Part shown: positions 26,775 to 38,668 of the stretch, piece by piece
Layout of the letters: every line of letters begins with the position of its first letter
How positions within the stretch are numbered: the first letter of the stretch is position 1
Assembly: GCA_951406725.2 (NCBI GenBank)
Contig: OX597815.1
Span: 111,476,001 to 111,540,000, forward strand
Source of the DNA: Octopus vulgaris
Taxonomy: Eukaryota
Reading direction: 5' to 3'
Length of the DNA stretch: 64,000 nt
Made by a program: the position numbers and the translations under genes
The notes under the pieces: model-generated
What the model was told of the DNA's origin: nothing
Seen by the model: the letters and a program-made list of their open reading frames with translations, nothing else
Database searches by the model: none

Positions 26775-29700
26775 GATATTTCGGTATCGTGTTTGCATTT
26801 AGTCCAGCAAATTACATTTATAACGGACCATGCTGATGATGGCTGCAGTTTTCCTTGCGGAAAATAACAGTTGAAACTAAGTTAGTACATGGGTAATTAT
26901 TTTATTTCGTATATTTTTCACTTGTTTATTGCTATGGTTTTGTGTTGAGTTTGATCTGAGAACATAATCTTTTGTGGAGAATGACGATTTGACGTCTATA
27001 TCTAGCATGTTGACTGTCCACTTTTCGTGTTCAGTCCTTAATTGGTATATATAAATATTTTAATCTTCGGATTCTTGTTTAATATGCTAGACCACTGGTC
27101 TTAATTGATAAATATCAATTTCTACCCTTAATTAATTTTATATAAATAAATGTTCTCTAACCGATAAATTAACTGCTGCTAATTATTAGCTGCAGGCTAG
27201 TTTTCTCGGGTCTCAACGCGCCAAAGTAAAGGCATTTGAAAGATATATTCAAATGTAATAGGCTGAACTCCATGCACGCGATATTTCGGTATCGTGTTTG
27301 CATTTAGTCCAGCAAATTACATTTATAACGGACCATGCTGATGATGGCTGCAGTTTTCCTTGCGGAAAATAACAGTTGAAACTAAGTTAGTACATGGGTA
27401 ATTATTTTATTTCGTATATTTTTCACTTGTTTATTGCTATGGTTTTGTGTTGAGTTTGATCTGAGAACATAATCTTTTGTGGAGAATGACGATTTGACGT
27501 CTATATCTAGCATGTTGACTGTCCACTTTTCGTGTTCAGTCCTTAATTGGTATATATAAATATTTTAATCTTCGGATTCTTTTTTAATATGCTAGACCAC
27601 TGGTCTTAATTGATAAATATCAATTTCTACCCTTAATTAATTTTATATAAATAAATGTTCTCTAACCGATAAATTAACTGCTGCTAATTATTAGCTGCAG
27701 GCTAGTTTTCTCGGGTCTCAACGCGCCAAAGTAAAGGCATTTGAAAGATATATTCAAATGTAATAGGCTGAACTCCATGCACGCGATATTTCGGTATCGT
27801 GTTTGCATTTAGTCCAGCAAATTACATTTATAACGGACCATGCTGATGATGGCTGCAGTTTTCCTTGCGGAAAATAACAGTTGAAACTAAGTTAGTACAT
27901 GGGTAATTATTTTATTTCGTATATTTTTCACTTGTTTATTGCTATGGTTTTGTGTTGAGTTTGATCTGAGAACATAATCTTTTGTGGAGAATGACGATTT
28001 GACGTCTATATCTAGCATGTTGACTGTCCACTTTTCGTGTTCAGTCCTTAATTGGTATATATAAATATTTTAATCTTCGGATTCTTTTTTAATATGCTAG
28101 ACCACTGGTCTTAATTGATAAATATCAATTTCTACCCTTAATTAATTTTATATAAATAAATGTTCTCTAACCGATAAATTAACTGCTGCTAATTATTAGC
28201 TGCAGGCTAGTTTTCTCGGGTCTCAACGCGCCAAAGTAAAGGCATTTGAAAGATATATTCAAATGTAATAGGCTGAACTCCATGCACGCGATATTTCGGT
28301 ATCGTGTTTGCATTTAGTCCAGCAAATTACATTTATAACGGACCATGCTGATGATGGCTGCAGTTTTCCTTGCGGAAAATAACAGTTGAAACTAAGTTAG
28401 TACATGGGTAATTATTTTATTTCGTATATTTTTCACTTGTTTATTGCTATGGTTTTGTGTTGAGTTTGATCTGAGAACATAATCTTTTGTGGAGAATGAC
28501 GATTTGACGTCTATATCTAGCATGTTGACTGTCCACTTTTCGTGTTCAGTCCTTAATTGGTATATATAAATATTTTAATCTTCGGATTCTTTTTTAATAT
28601 GCTAGACCACTGGTCTTAATTGATAAATATCAATTTCTACCCTTAATTAATTTTATATAAATAAATGTTCTCTAACCGATAAATTAACTGCTGCTAATTA
28701 TTAGCTGGAGGCTAGTTTTCTCGGGTCTCAACGCGCCAAAGTAAAGGCATTTGAAAGATATATTCAAATGTAATAGGCTGAACTCCATGCACGCGATATT
28801 TCGGTATCGTGTTTGCATTTAGTCCAGCAAATTACATTTATAACGGACCATGCTGATGATGGCTGCAGTTTTCCTTGCGGAAAATAACAGTTGAAACTAA
28901 GTTAGTACATGGGTAATTATTTTATTTCGTATATTTTTCACTTGTTTATTGCTATGGTTTTGTGTTGAGTTTGATCTGAGAACATAATCTTTTGTGGAGA
29001 ATGACGATTTGACGTCTATATCTAGCATGTTGACTGTCCACTTTTCGTGTTCAGTCCTTAATTGGTATATATAAATATTTTAATCTTCGGATTCTTGTTT
29101 AATATGCTAGACCACTGGTCTTAATTGATAAATATCAATTTCTACCCTTAATTAATTTTATATAAATAAATGTTCTCTAACCGATAAATTAACTGCTGCT
29201 AATTATTAGCTGCAGGCTAGTTTTCTCGGGTCTCAACGCGCCAAAGTAAAGGCATTTGAAAGATATATTCAAATGTAATAGGCTGAACTGAGTACGTAGA
29301 ATAAATGTCTTGCGCAAGCCACAATGCACGGCGGATATCGGTATCGTGTTTGCATTTAGTCCAGCAAATTACATTTATAACGGACCATGCTGATGATGGC
29401 TGCAGTTTTCCTTGCGGAAAATAACAGTTGAAACTAAGTTAGTACATGGGTAATTATTTTATTTCGTATATTTTTCACTTGTTTATTGCTATGGTTTTGT
29501 GTTGAGTTTGATCTGAGAACATAATCTTTTGTGGAGAATGACGATTTGACGTCTATATCTAGTGTGTTGACTGTCCACTTTTCGTGTTCAGTCCTTAATT
29601 GGTATATATAAATATTTTAATCTTCGGATTCTTTTTAATATGCTAGACCACTGGTCTTAATTGATAAATATCAATTTCTACCCTTAATTAATTTTATATA

Positions 29701-30103
29701 AATAAATGTTCTCTAACCGATAAATTAACTGCTGCTAATTATTAGCTGCAGGCTAGTTTTCTCGGGTCTCAACGCGCCAAAGTAAAGGCATTTGAAAGAT
29801 ATATCAAATGTAATAGGCTGAACTCCATGCACGCGATATTTCGGTATCGTGTTTGCATTTAGTCCAGCAAATTACATTTATAACGGACCATGCTGATGAT
29901 GGCTGCAGTTTTCCTTGCGGAAAATAACAGTTGAAACTAAGTTAGTACATGGGTAATTATTTTATTTCGTATATTTTTCACTTGTTTATTGCTATGGTTT
30001 TGTGTTGAGTTTGATCTGAGAACATAATCTTTTGTGGAGAATGACGATTTGACGTCTATATCTAGCATGTTGACTGTCCACTTTTCGTGTTCAGTCCTTA
30101 ATT

Positions 30104-30105
<2 letters not shown>
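26774..30105 (+). repeat. Head-to-tail array of a 505-bp hammerhead-containing unit (about 6.6 copies), retrozyme-like
   Basis: Unit starts at 26774, 27279, 27784, 28289, 28794, about 29331 and 29834. Copies are near-identical and non-coding; the array is flanked by (TA)n/(CA)n. Confidence 0.97.
26828..26892 (+). ncRNA. Type I hammerhead ribozyme (copy 1 of 7; others start at 27333, 27838, 28343, 28848, 29385, 29888)
   Basis: Stem I ccatg/catgg; core CTGATGA plus an extra T; stem II ggctg..ttttcc-ttgc-ggaaaa..cagtt; GAAA; stem III ctaa-g-ttag; GUA triplet. Predicted cleavage after 26887. Confidence 0.88.
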
Positions 30106-30150
<45 letters not shown>

Positions 30151-30462
30151 CTGGCTCTCCGTATGTTCGATGACGAGTGTTGGGGCTGTTCTTCCGATCA
30201 ACGGAAAACATTGCTCGTGAAATTAACCTACACTAGGCTGAGCACGCCATAGACACAGGTAGCCTTAATGCAGTTTTCATGGAGATTTAGTGTTACAAAA
30301 TATGAAAAAGCCGGTCCTTTGAATTACAATTACAACTCATTTTTGCCAGGTGATTTTACTGGAGCTACGTAGAATAAAATGTCTTGCGCAAGGCCACAAT
30401 GTGCCGGCGGGAATCGAACTAAGGACGTTACGATCTTGAGCAAATTACCATAACCACTAAGC
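30151..30462 (-). mobile_element. tRNA-derived SINE family C
   Basis: Minus strand has the A-box gcttagtggtt and B-box agttcgattccc, followed by gtggccttgcgcaagaca. Confidence 0.75.
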
Positions 30463-30603
30463 TATTTTATATACGGAGCGAAATGATAGAAGTAGTTATA
30501 CGTGTGACATTTTATCAGTATATATGAATATATTTCTTGAGGCACGTAATATCTTCCTCTATTTATTAAATATAACGCTTCAATGTTTGTTTGTGTGTGT
30601 GTG

Positions 30604-30644
<41 letters not shown>

Positions 30645-31559
30645 GTGTATGTGGTGTCAGTGTGTGTTTGAGTGTATGCATTCGATTCTGTTGGGGAGAG
30701 ATATAAACATCTTATTTACATAGAAGTAATACACTGTTTTTTATTGCTTGAACGAATTCTATTAATAGTTTCATAATGTATATATCCCTTGTAGACACCG
30801 ATGCCGCGAACTCTTAGCACATTTAGGGCCCTGAAAAAGACAAAATAAATGAGAGTAATATATATATATAGAAAGAGATTTTGTTAATATGCAGGCATAT
30901 CGCAAGCACTTACATAATGCGATTGCAGGCTTCATACTTATTACCGTTAAAATGCTAAATCGTTATCCATAAAAGCATAAATCTCCAGATATCTGCAGTT
31001 AGCTTTTTGAATATTTCCTGTTTAAATTAGCTTGTTTAATATCTTGATGATTTAATTCATTTGGGAACTACTATATTAGATATTAATATATCTTACATGT
31101 ATAATCTCTGTGTGTATGTGTTTATGTTTGTGAGTATGTGATATGTGTTTTCGTGTGAGCATAAATACATGCATGTATATGTATTTTGTATTGTCACCGA
31201 CTAATAAATTGGACAGCTACCTTGTGATACGGATAGTAAGCTAGAATGTATATTCATAAAATACAGAATACCAGAAAATATAAAATCAATGAATTACTGT
31301 AATTTGAATTAAAATCTATCGACAGCTGCTTTTTAATATAATCTGTAGTGAATGTAGGAGACCGCTCACCATGCGTAATTTTCTACAACAATTTTTACAT
31401 TACATGAATACTATTTACTCCATTTTTACTCCTTATTAATACTTGTACTTGTTCTTCATTGCAAGCAAGTAATGGGCTCCAAGCAGAGCATCATATCATG
31501 TTTAATTTAAGCATTTTGATCAACACACCACCTTATCTTTGTATGCTGTCCAACGGCGT

Positions 31560-32745
31560 CTTCATCGCGTGATACTACACTGGCGGATCACTTAAATTGC
31601 TCGGGATCTGGGTCGGTCCAAACCTTCAAATGGAGAAAAACTGGTATGAGATGACGAGCAGGGTGGTCACTCTCATCCAACTATGGACCGAGAGGAAGCT
31701 ACCTCTAAGAGGTCGGACTGAGGTGGCGAATGCGTACATCGCATCTGTCATCTACTACTGTCTGACCGTCGTGCCTTGCCTCGACCATACCATCAAGAAA
31801 ATTGAACGCATACCTTTCCGCTTTTTGCGGAGGGGAAGCGTTCCGATGGCTAGGCGATCCATTTGCTGTCATCATCCGCTAAATGCCGTGGTTGATGATG
31901 CGCAGACATCCGCTGAGACAGCGATATCGGCAGCGTTTCATAGACGGCGGTGAACAAGTGAGGTCGCCGTTTGTGAGACGCTCTTTTCCGCAGCTCGTCT
32001 TATTGACCGAACTGCAATCATGAATTAAGCAGAAACCGAGGATGGGCGAATGGCACCGTATGTGTCCCCATGCTGCCATGCAGCTCGGTTATCCGGGTTC
32101 AAACTGCTGTCATTTCAAGGCGTTCTATAGAGGACTAGTGGCGGGGAGGTGCGACGACGTTCTTGGGGAGACTCTGGGCGTCGACATGGAATACCTGACT
32201 CGCATCTTCAGGATCAGTTTCAGGCCAGGACCTGTGGCCTGTCAGTGCTATGAGGGAGCGTTGCCTGTTCGAGATAAGGTCTACAGACACGGGTCAAGAA
32301 ACACCGAACAAACTTGCTCTTGATGCAGTTAGAACGATGAAACCGTTCTGCCTGCACTCGTACAATGTTCAAATATTTTCTACATGTGGGCCTATGGATG
32401 AGTCCGGTTGTCAACCGAGTCTATCATAAACATTGCCTTGCCACCTTTCTTTAACGAGGAAGGCAAAGCAAATTTCAACGTACTGGTGGCTATGGCAAAG
32501 GAGTGTTTATGGTGGACTCATTTTAAAGGCTTAGAGACTAATACTTTCCTATCTGGCCAACCTGTTATCATCTGTTTCAAGTATTACTTGGAAAGACAGT
32601 TGAGAGTACAGAAGCTTGTTTTATTACCTTGTTGTCTCTTTGTGTTCACGTTCCAAAACGTTTCTGGTCCCGAATGATCGGGGGGAAATTCTATATTGTA
32701 TTGTCTCCTCTGTGTTCGGCTCTGCGTGGCTTAATAAAGAAATCA
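31560..32745 (+). mobile_element. L1/Tx1-clade LINE 3' fragment, decayed
   Basis: KLLGIW...WTERKLPLRGR...ANAYIAS..YY motif; degenerate CxxC...ET..C knuckle; AATAAA near 32733. Confidence 0.8.
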
Positions 32746-33297
32746 ATCCTTGTATCTAATATGCAATTATATTAGAAACTACTCTAATCTAAGTGCTACA
32801 TCGTCTACCACATGTAAAGTGCGTACATGGCAATCACAATATATTTTGAAAAGCACTACATGAACGTTGACATTTGTTGTAAAATATTGACGTTTTTCAT
32901 AGTGCAAAATTGATAGAAGCATCTAAAATTAAAGTAGATTTCTAAGATAAGTTTTTATTAACAAGATTCCAATAGGCATAAAATTTAGGAGAGATGATAC
33001 ATTTAGCAATGATCCAATATTATTGTGATTTAAGTTCCAACTTAATGTAAATCGGATGTTGTTTTACTCAGACAATAATAGTATACATTTCAATTCGTAT
33101 GTAATTATCACAACAGTGCTTTAGCTGTTAGACTCCATGTAATACAAACTTCTATAACCAGTAACGTTTTTCATTGCCGAACGATTATGATAAGACGAGA
33201 ATATACACAGACACTCACACACGTACACACACACAGATGCTCACACAAAGGCGCACACATACAGTCACATATACATGTATATGTATGCATATATACA

Positions 33298-34342
33298 TCT
33301 CTATCTATATAAAACTGAGAATGCGTGTTTGTCTGTCTGTATGTATGTCTGTCTGTTTCCCTAAAACTTGAGAACTACACAACCAATTTCATTCAAATTT
33401 TACACATGCCTCACTTGGGGTCCGGGGAGTATCATCGGCAACAAGAATTTTTAAACTTTTTACCTAGGGCGAGCCCACAGCAATATCATATCTTCTCCAC
33501 TATTTCAGTATTACGTGTTAAAAGTGAAACAAAAATATTTCTCTATTTTATGTCAGATACTTTCACTTTAACAATAAAAATAATAATAACAATTGAATTA
33601 TATGTAGTAAGTAATAATTAAAATCAAACTAAAGTATCATATAGTCGTAACATAACAAAAGTAAAAATAGCAATTGGCATAAAATTGCATCAATGAGTTG
33701 AACTTGAATAAGTGGTTTCACATGAATGGGAATTAATTAAAAATAAAATTAGCGTGCAGAAATGGAATAGTCCAGATGGATAATAAAAAATTAAATTAAA
33801 GAAAAGACTATTGTCTATAAAGTATACAATGTAGAGACAAAAGAAGATTTGAACACCTGGAGGAAAGCACCATCGAAAAGTGTCTTGGTGCGACTAGGAA
33901 AAATATCTAACCAGAGGCGGTAAATTCGCCACAATAGAAGCAAGGTTCGAGTCAACGGAGCGTGCAAGGGAGTACTCGACTCGAACTTGCAAAGTGGAAA
34001 TATTTTATTTTTACCTTTATATCTGGGACGTAGGACGTGCCGGATAAAAAATAAAAATGCCCCCCCTCTAGAAGTTGAGGTAGGCTGGATTGTAGCCACA
34101 CTTCTATACAAGAGAGAGGACAAGATACAATTGATCGAAATTGCAAGAGAGGGCCTTACAATTCCAGTCTGTTATATATTTTGAGTATTGTTATCACTAG
34201 CGATATCAAGATATAACTTTCTATTTTGTATTTTATGTGTAGATGTATATATATATAGATGTAATGTAATATGTACACATATATATACACATATATGCAT
34301 GCACTAGCACTTTGACCCGGCAACAACGGGTCATAATGCTAG
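33298..34342 (+). mobile_element. Non-autonomous Helitron
   Basis: 5' TC (TCTCTATCTATATAAAACTGAG), subterminal hairpin TGACCCG-gcaacaa-CGGGTCA and 3' CTAG, inserted between A and T. Confidence 0.85.
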
Positions 34343-34491
34343 TATATATATATATAATTATATGTATATATATATGCATACACATACATATACATATATA
34401 TATATATAATTATATGCATGTATATAGGCATACACATACATATATATGTGACTAAGTATTTGAGGAAAAAGTTTAATCTATTTATTTAATT

Positions 34492-34579
34492 GTGCAGCTG
34501 ATGATTGCCCTGCATTTAAATTGATGTAATAATTGCATTGTTCAATTAAATGAAGTCGCTTGAAACGGTCGTACTGCAT
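34492..34579 (+). ncRNA. Type I hammerhead ribozyme in a short insert between (TA)n tracts
   Basis: gtgcag CTGATGA [catttaaattga/tcaattaaatg stem II] GAAA cggtcg TA ctgcat; 6-bp stem I. Confidence 0.75.
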
Positions 34580-34618
34580 CACTTCTTGCTTATTTTGATT
34601 ATATATATATATATATAT

Positions 34619-34808
34619 AGGGGTAAAATATGAAAAATCAACGAAAATGCACATTGTAAATTAAAAAAAGGATTTTTTTATGAAATGTAACGACAAATAT
34701 ATATATTTAGATACACTGAAGTAGTAATAAAAGTCATTATTATGAGATGATTATAAAGTCAGAAAACGAAGCATACCATGGTTTCGTTGATTTTTCATAT
34801 TTTACCCT
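34619..34808. repeat. Short fold-back with ~28-bp terminal inverted arms
   Basis: gggtaaaatatgaaaaatcaacgaaa / tttcgttgatttttcatattttaccc. Confidence 0.8.
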
Positions 34809-34855
34809 TACATTTCCACGTGTATTCTATATTTTCTTTTTCAACATATTTCTAC

Positions 34856-34902
<47 letters not shown>

Positions 34903-34920
34903 TTATATATATATATACAA

Positions 34921-35283
34921 AGCGCAAGAGTGACTGTGTGGTAAGTAGCTTGCTTACCAACCACATGGTTCCGGGTTCAGCCCCTCTGCGTGGCACCTTG
35001 GGCAAGTGCCTTCTACTATAGCCTCGCGCCGACCAAAGCCTTGTGAGTGGAAGCTCGTCGAATATATGTATATATGTATGTGTGTGTATATGTTTGCCTC
35101 CCCCCCCCATCGCTTGACAAACGATGCTGGTGTCTTTACGTGCCTATAACTTAGTGGTTCGGCAAAAGAACGATAGAATAAGTACTAGGCTTTGAAAGAA
35201 TAAGTCCTGGGTTCGATTTGCTCGACTAAAGACGGTGCTCCAGCACGGCCACTGTTAAATGTCTCAGACAAGAGTAAAAGAGT
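34921..35283 (+). mobile_element. SINE family B, near full length
   Basis: tgactgtgtggtaag A-box, ggttcagcccc B-box, and the same core and tail as 18966. Confidence 0.88.
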
Positions 35284-35360
35284 ATATATATATATATGTA
35301 TTTGTATACGAATAGATAGATAAATATATGCGTATATACCATATAATGCACATACAAATA

Positions 35361-37208
35361 CCGGCTGAGCTCTTGGCTCTTCGTTCCCTCCAACGGCGCG
35401 CTGACATTATCATCAAACCGGCTGACAAGGGTGGAGCTGTAGTGGTGTGGCGCGCGGACCTCTATAGGGCCGAGGCTTTCCGCCAACTCAATGACACCTC
35501 CTTCTATTCCCCTCTGCCCTCTAACCCCACACGTAGCTACCAACAGACGGTATCCTCTACTGTCCAAGACCTCATCTCGTCCTCCCGTCTCCCCCGCACC
35601 GCATCCAACCTAATTGTGCGAACCCCACGTACCCCCACCATTTACTTCCTCCCCAAAATCCACAAACCCAACAACCCTGGCCGCCCCATCGTCTCCGCCT
35701 GTAACTGCCCCACGGAGCTCATCTCTAAATACCTCGACCGTGTCCTTGCCCCCCTAGTGGCATCTCTTCCCTCCCACATCCACGATACCAACCATGCTCT
35801 CCGGCTTTTCAACTCTTTCTCCTTTCCTCCCGGCTCCTCCAAAATCCTTTTTACTATGGACATCCAAAGCCTCTATACTGTTATCCCTCACCACGAAGGA
35901 CTGCAGGCCCTTCGACACTTTCTTGACCTCCGCTCTAACCCTGTACCTGACACCTCCACACTCATTCGTCTGGCCGAACTTGTCCTTACTCTGAACTGCT
36001 TCTCGTTCGCGGGCGAGTTCTACCATCAGGTCTCGGGAGTGGCCATGGGAACGCGAATGGGCCCCAACTATGCGAACCTGTTCGTTGGCTATGTTGAGGC
36101 CCAAATATTCTCTAATTTCACTGGTCCCACTCCTGAACTATATGGTCGTTATATTGACGACATTATCGGTGCCACCTCACTCTCCCGCGAACATCTAGAT
36201 TCCTTCCTCTCTTTCGTCCAATCTTTCCATCCAGCCCTCCACTTCACTTCCACTATCTCCAACACCTCTGTCTCCTTCCTCGACATTTCGGTTAGCATTC
36301 TTCACTCCACTCTTACCACCTCCATTCACTACAAACACACAGACTCACACTCATACCTCAACTTCTCTTCCTCCCACCCAGAACACACCAAGCTTTCCAT
36401 CCCCTATTCCCAATTCCTCCGTCTACGTAGGCTCTGTAGTGACGACCATGACTTTGAGACTCAGTCTCAACGTATGGCTCACCACTTCACCCTACGTGGA
36501 TACCCCCTCACCACTATCCACACCGCCCTTGCCAGAGCACGGTCCGTGGACCGTGTATCTGCTCTCTCTCCCCGAACCCGCCCTGTAGTCTCCCGCCTCC
36601 CTTTTCCCCTCACTTACCACCCCACGACCCTACGTCTCCAACGCACCATTCTTCGAGCTTTCCGTCATCTCCAGTCCGACCCGTCCACTTCACACCTCTT
36701 CCCTAACCGACCCCTCCCCTCTTTCAAACGAGCCCACAACCTTCGAGACCTTTTGGTCCATAGCTCCTTCCCTGACCCTACCTCCCAACCCGGCTCGTTC
36801 CCCTGCTCCCGCCCACGTTGCCGCACTTGCCCTTACCTCTCCAACACCACCCGCCTCACTAGCACCCACCATCGACCCTATCCCATCATCCACTCCTTCA
36901 CCTGCACCTCCAGCAATATTATCTATTGCATCTCTTGCTCTCTCTGCAATTCCTTGTACATCGGACAAACGGGACGCCGCTTGGCTGACCGGTTCGCGGA
37001 ACACCTTCGTGACATCCACCTTGCGAACGACACACCGGTCTCACGCCATTTCCGCTCCACCGGTCACTCCTTGCAACACCTATCTGTGTTCGGTTTGTCC
37101 TTACACAGAGGCCATCCGGATTCCCGTTTGCGCCGTGAACAGGAATTAATCTTCTCTCTTCGCTCTTATACGCCATTTGGTCTCAACTCTCCCCCCCTCC
37201 TCATCTAA
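35361..37208 (+). CDS. Penelope-like retroelement (Neptune-type) RT + GIY-YIG endonuclease; 5'-truncated but uninterrupted
   Basis: RT motifs PADKGGAVVV, YFLPKIHKPNNPGRPIVS, MDIQSLYT, GVAMGTRMGP, RYIDD and FLDI; linker CSRPRCRTC; endonuclease NIIYCISC..C..LYIGQTGRRLADRFAEH...GLN. The ATG at 35328 lies in flanking microsatellite. Confidence 0.95.
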   Translation, partial: PAELLALRSLQRRADIIIKPADKGGAVVVWRADLYRAEAFRQLNDTSFYSPLPSNPTRSYQQTVSSTVQDLISSSRLPRTASNLIVRTPRTPTIYFLPKIHKPNNPGRPIVSACNCPTELISKYLDRVLAPLVASLPSHIHDTNHALRLFNSFSFPPGSSKILFTMDIQSLYTVIPHHEGLQALRHFLDLRSNPVPDTSTLIRLAELVLTLNCFSFAGEFYHQVSGVAMGTRMGPNYANLFVGYVEAQIFSNFTGPTPELYGRYIDDIIGATSLSREHLDSFLSFVQSFHPALHFTSTISNTSVSFLDISVSILHSTLTTSIHYKHTDSHSYLNFSSSHPEHTKLSIPYSQFLRLRRLCSDDHDFETQSQRMAHHFTLRGYPLTTIHTALARARSVDRVSALSPRTRPVVSRLPFPLTYHPTTLRLQRTILRAFRHLQSDPSTSHLFPNRPLPSFKRAHNLRDLLVHSSFPDPTSQPGSFPCSRPRCRTCPYLSNTTRLTSTHHRPYPIIHSFTCTSSNIIYCISCSLCNSLYIGQTGRRLADRFAEHLRDIHLANDTPVSRHFRSTGHSLQHLSVFGLSLHRGHPDSRLRREQELIFSLRSYTPFGLNSPPLLI

Positions 37209-38197
37209 CCCCCCTCTCCCCCCTCCTCGCCTATCCTTTCTCCCCCCGACCCCTACTTCTTCAGTCCTTCATCCTTTCACCCCTACTCCCCTTCCCTTCT
37301 TCCCTCTTTCTCCCTCCCTCTTCCCCTTCCCTCTGCTCCCTCACTCCCTCTCTCCCCTTCTCTCTCCCCTTCTCTCTCCCCCTCTCCCTCTTTCCTCCTT
37401 CATCCCCCTCATCCCCTTCCTTCTCCCCCATCCTCTCCTCTCCCCCTTCTCATCCCCCTCTTCTTCCCCTCCCCTTATCTCCCCCTCTTCTCCCCCCTCC
37501 CCCTCTTCTCCTCACTACACCACATGACTTTACACATCACATCACATATGATGTGCCATACTAATACACACACCAACTAATACATACTAATACGTACTAA
37601 TACATACTAGTACATACTAATACTTACACCAACCCTATACATACACACGTCCAGACCCCGCATACGCACTTATACTCTCTCTCTCACACACACACACACC
37701 TATACATACCAATACGTACTAATACATACTAATACATACTAATACATACACCAACCCCATACATACGCACGTCCAGACCAATCTTACGCACTAATACTCT
37801 CTCATACACACACACACACACACACCCTTATACATACTAATACATACACCAACCCTATACATACACACATCCAGACCCCTCCCACGCACTTTTAGCTGGT
37901 CCCTCAACCCATTTATCAACCCTATTATCTCCCCTTATTTCGCTCTCGCGTCTCATGTTTGATCTTTGACCTCTGGCCGAAATCAGATCGCCATGTTGAT
38001 TCGTTAGCTACTGCACGCATTTTTTTTCTCTCCTTCTTTCTGTGTTTTTCTCTCTCTGTGTATCTTTCTGTTGAAGAGCGTAGGCTCGAAACGTTAAAGA
38101 CTTGTTTTATTTATATTTCCTGAGCGCCATACTAATACAATTGTTCGTTTGTTTTCCACCTGCCTTCGTCTTTTGTTTATTTTCATAAAGCTTCCCG
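37209..38197 (+). mobile_element. 3' UTR/pLTR of the Penelope element: polypyrimidine tract, ~100-bp subrepeats, hammerhead-like terminal region, then (TA)n
   Basis: C/T-rich 37209-37520; repeated tacatactaatacatacaccaaccc..gtccagacc blocks at 37560-37890; a related terminal segment is repeated at 38245-38423. Confidence 0.8.
38063..38100 (+). ncRNA. Minimal hammerhead with variant core (second copy at 38296-38333)
   Basis: tcttt CTGTTGA-A gagc-gtag-gctc GAAA cg TT aaaga. Confidence 0.6.
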
Positions 38198-38426
38198 TTA
38201 TATATATATATATATATATATGTCTGTATGTATATATATATATGATAGATCGTTAGCCACTACACACCTTTTTTCTCTCCTTGTTTTTTCTGTGTCCCTT
38301 CTGTAGAAGAGCGTAGGCTCGAAGCGTAAAATACTTTTTCTATTCCTGAGCGTTATACTAATACATCTGTTTGTTTTATACACCACCTGTCTTCGTCTTT
38401 TGTTTTTTTCGTAAACTCTCCCTATA

Positions 38427-38462
<36 letters not shown>

Positions 38463-38517
38463 TGTATGTATGTATGTATGTATGTATATGCATTCCTACA
38501 CACAGTGAGAGAGTAAG

Positions 38518-38585
<68 letters not shown>

Positions 38586-38590
38586 GGATG

Positions 38591-38668
<78 letters not shown>

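Noticed and set aside
26774-30105. CRISPR array, rDNA or a coding repeat as explanations of the 505-bp array
   Set aside because: No unique spacers, no rRNA similarity and no ORF of 60 aa or more. Internal T-runs also argue against a Pol III unit.
35328-35360. ATG at 35328 as the true start of the Penelope ORF
   Set aside because: It lies in flanking TA/CA-rich sequence; homology starts at about 35361, so the element is 5'-truncated.
35226-37527. Antisense and overlapping ORFs across the Penelope element, and the Pro/Ser/Leu ORF at 37177-37527
   Set aside because: By-products of strong C/T strand bias and the polypyrimidine tract.
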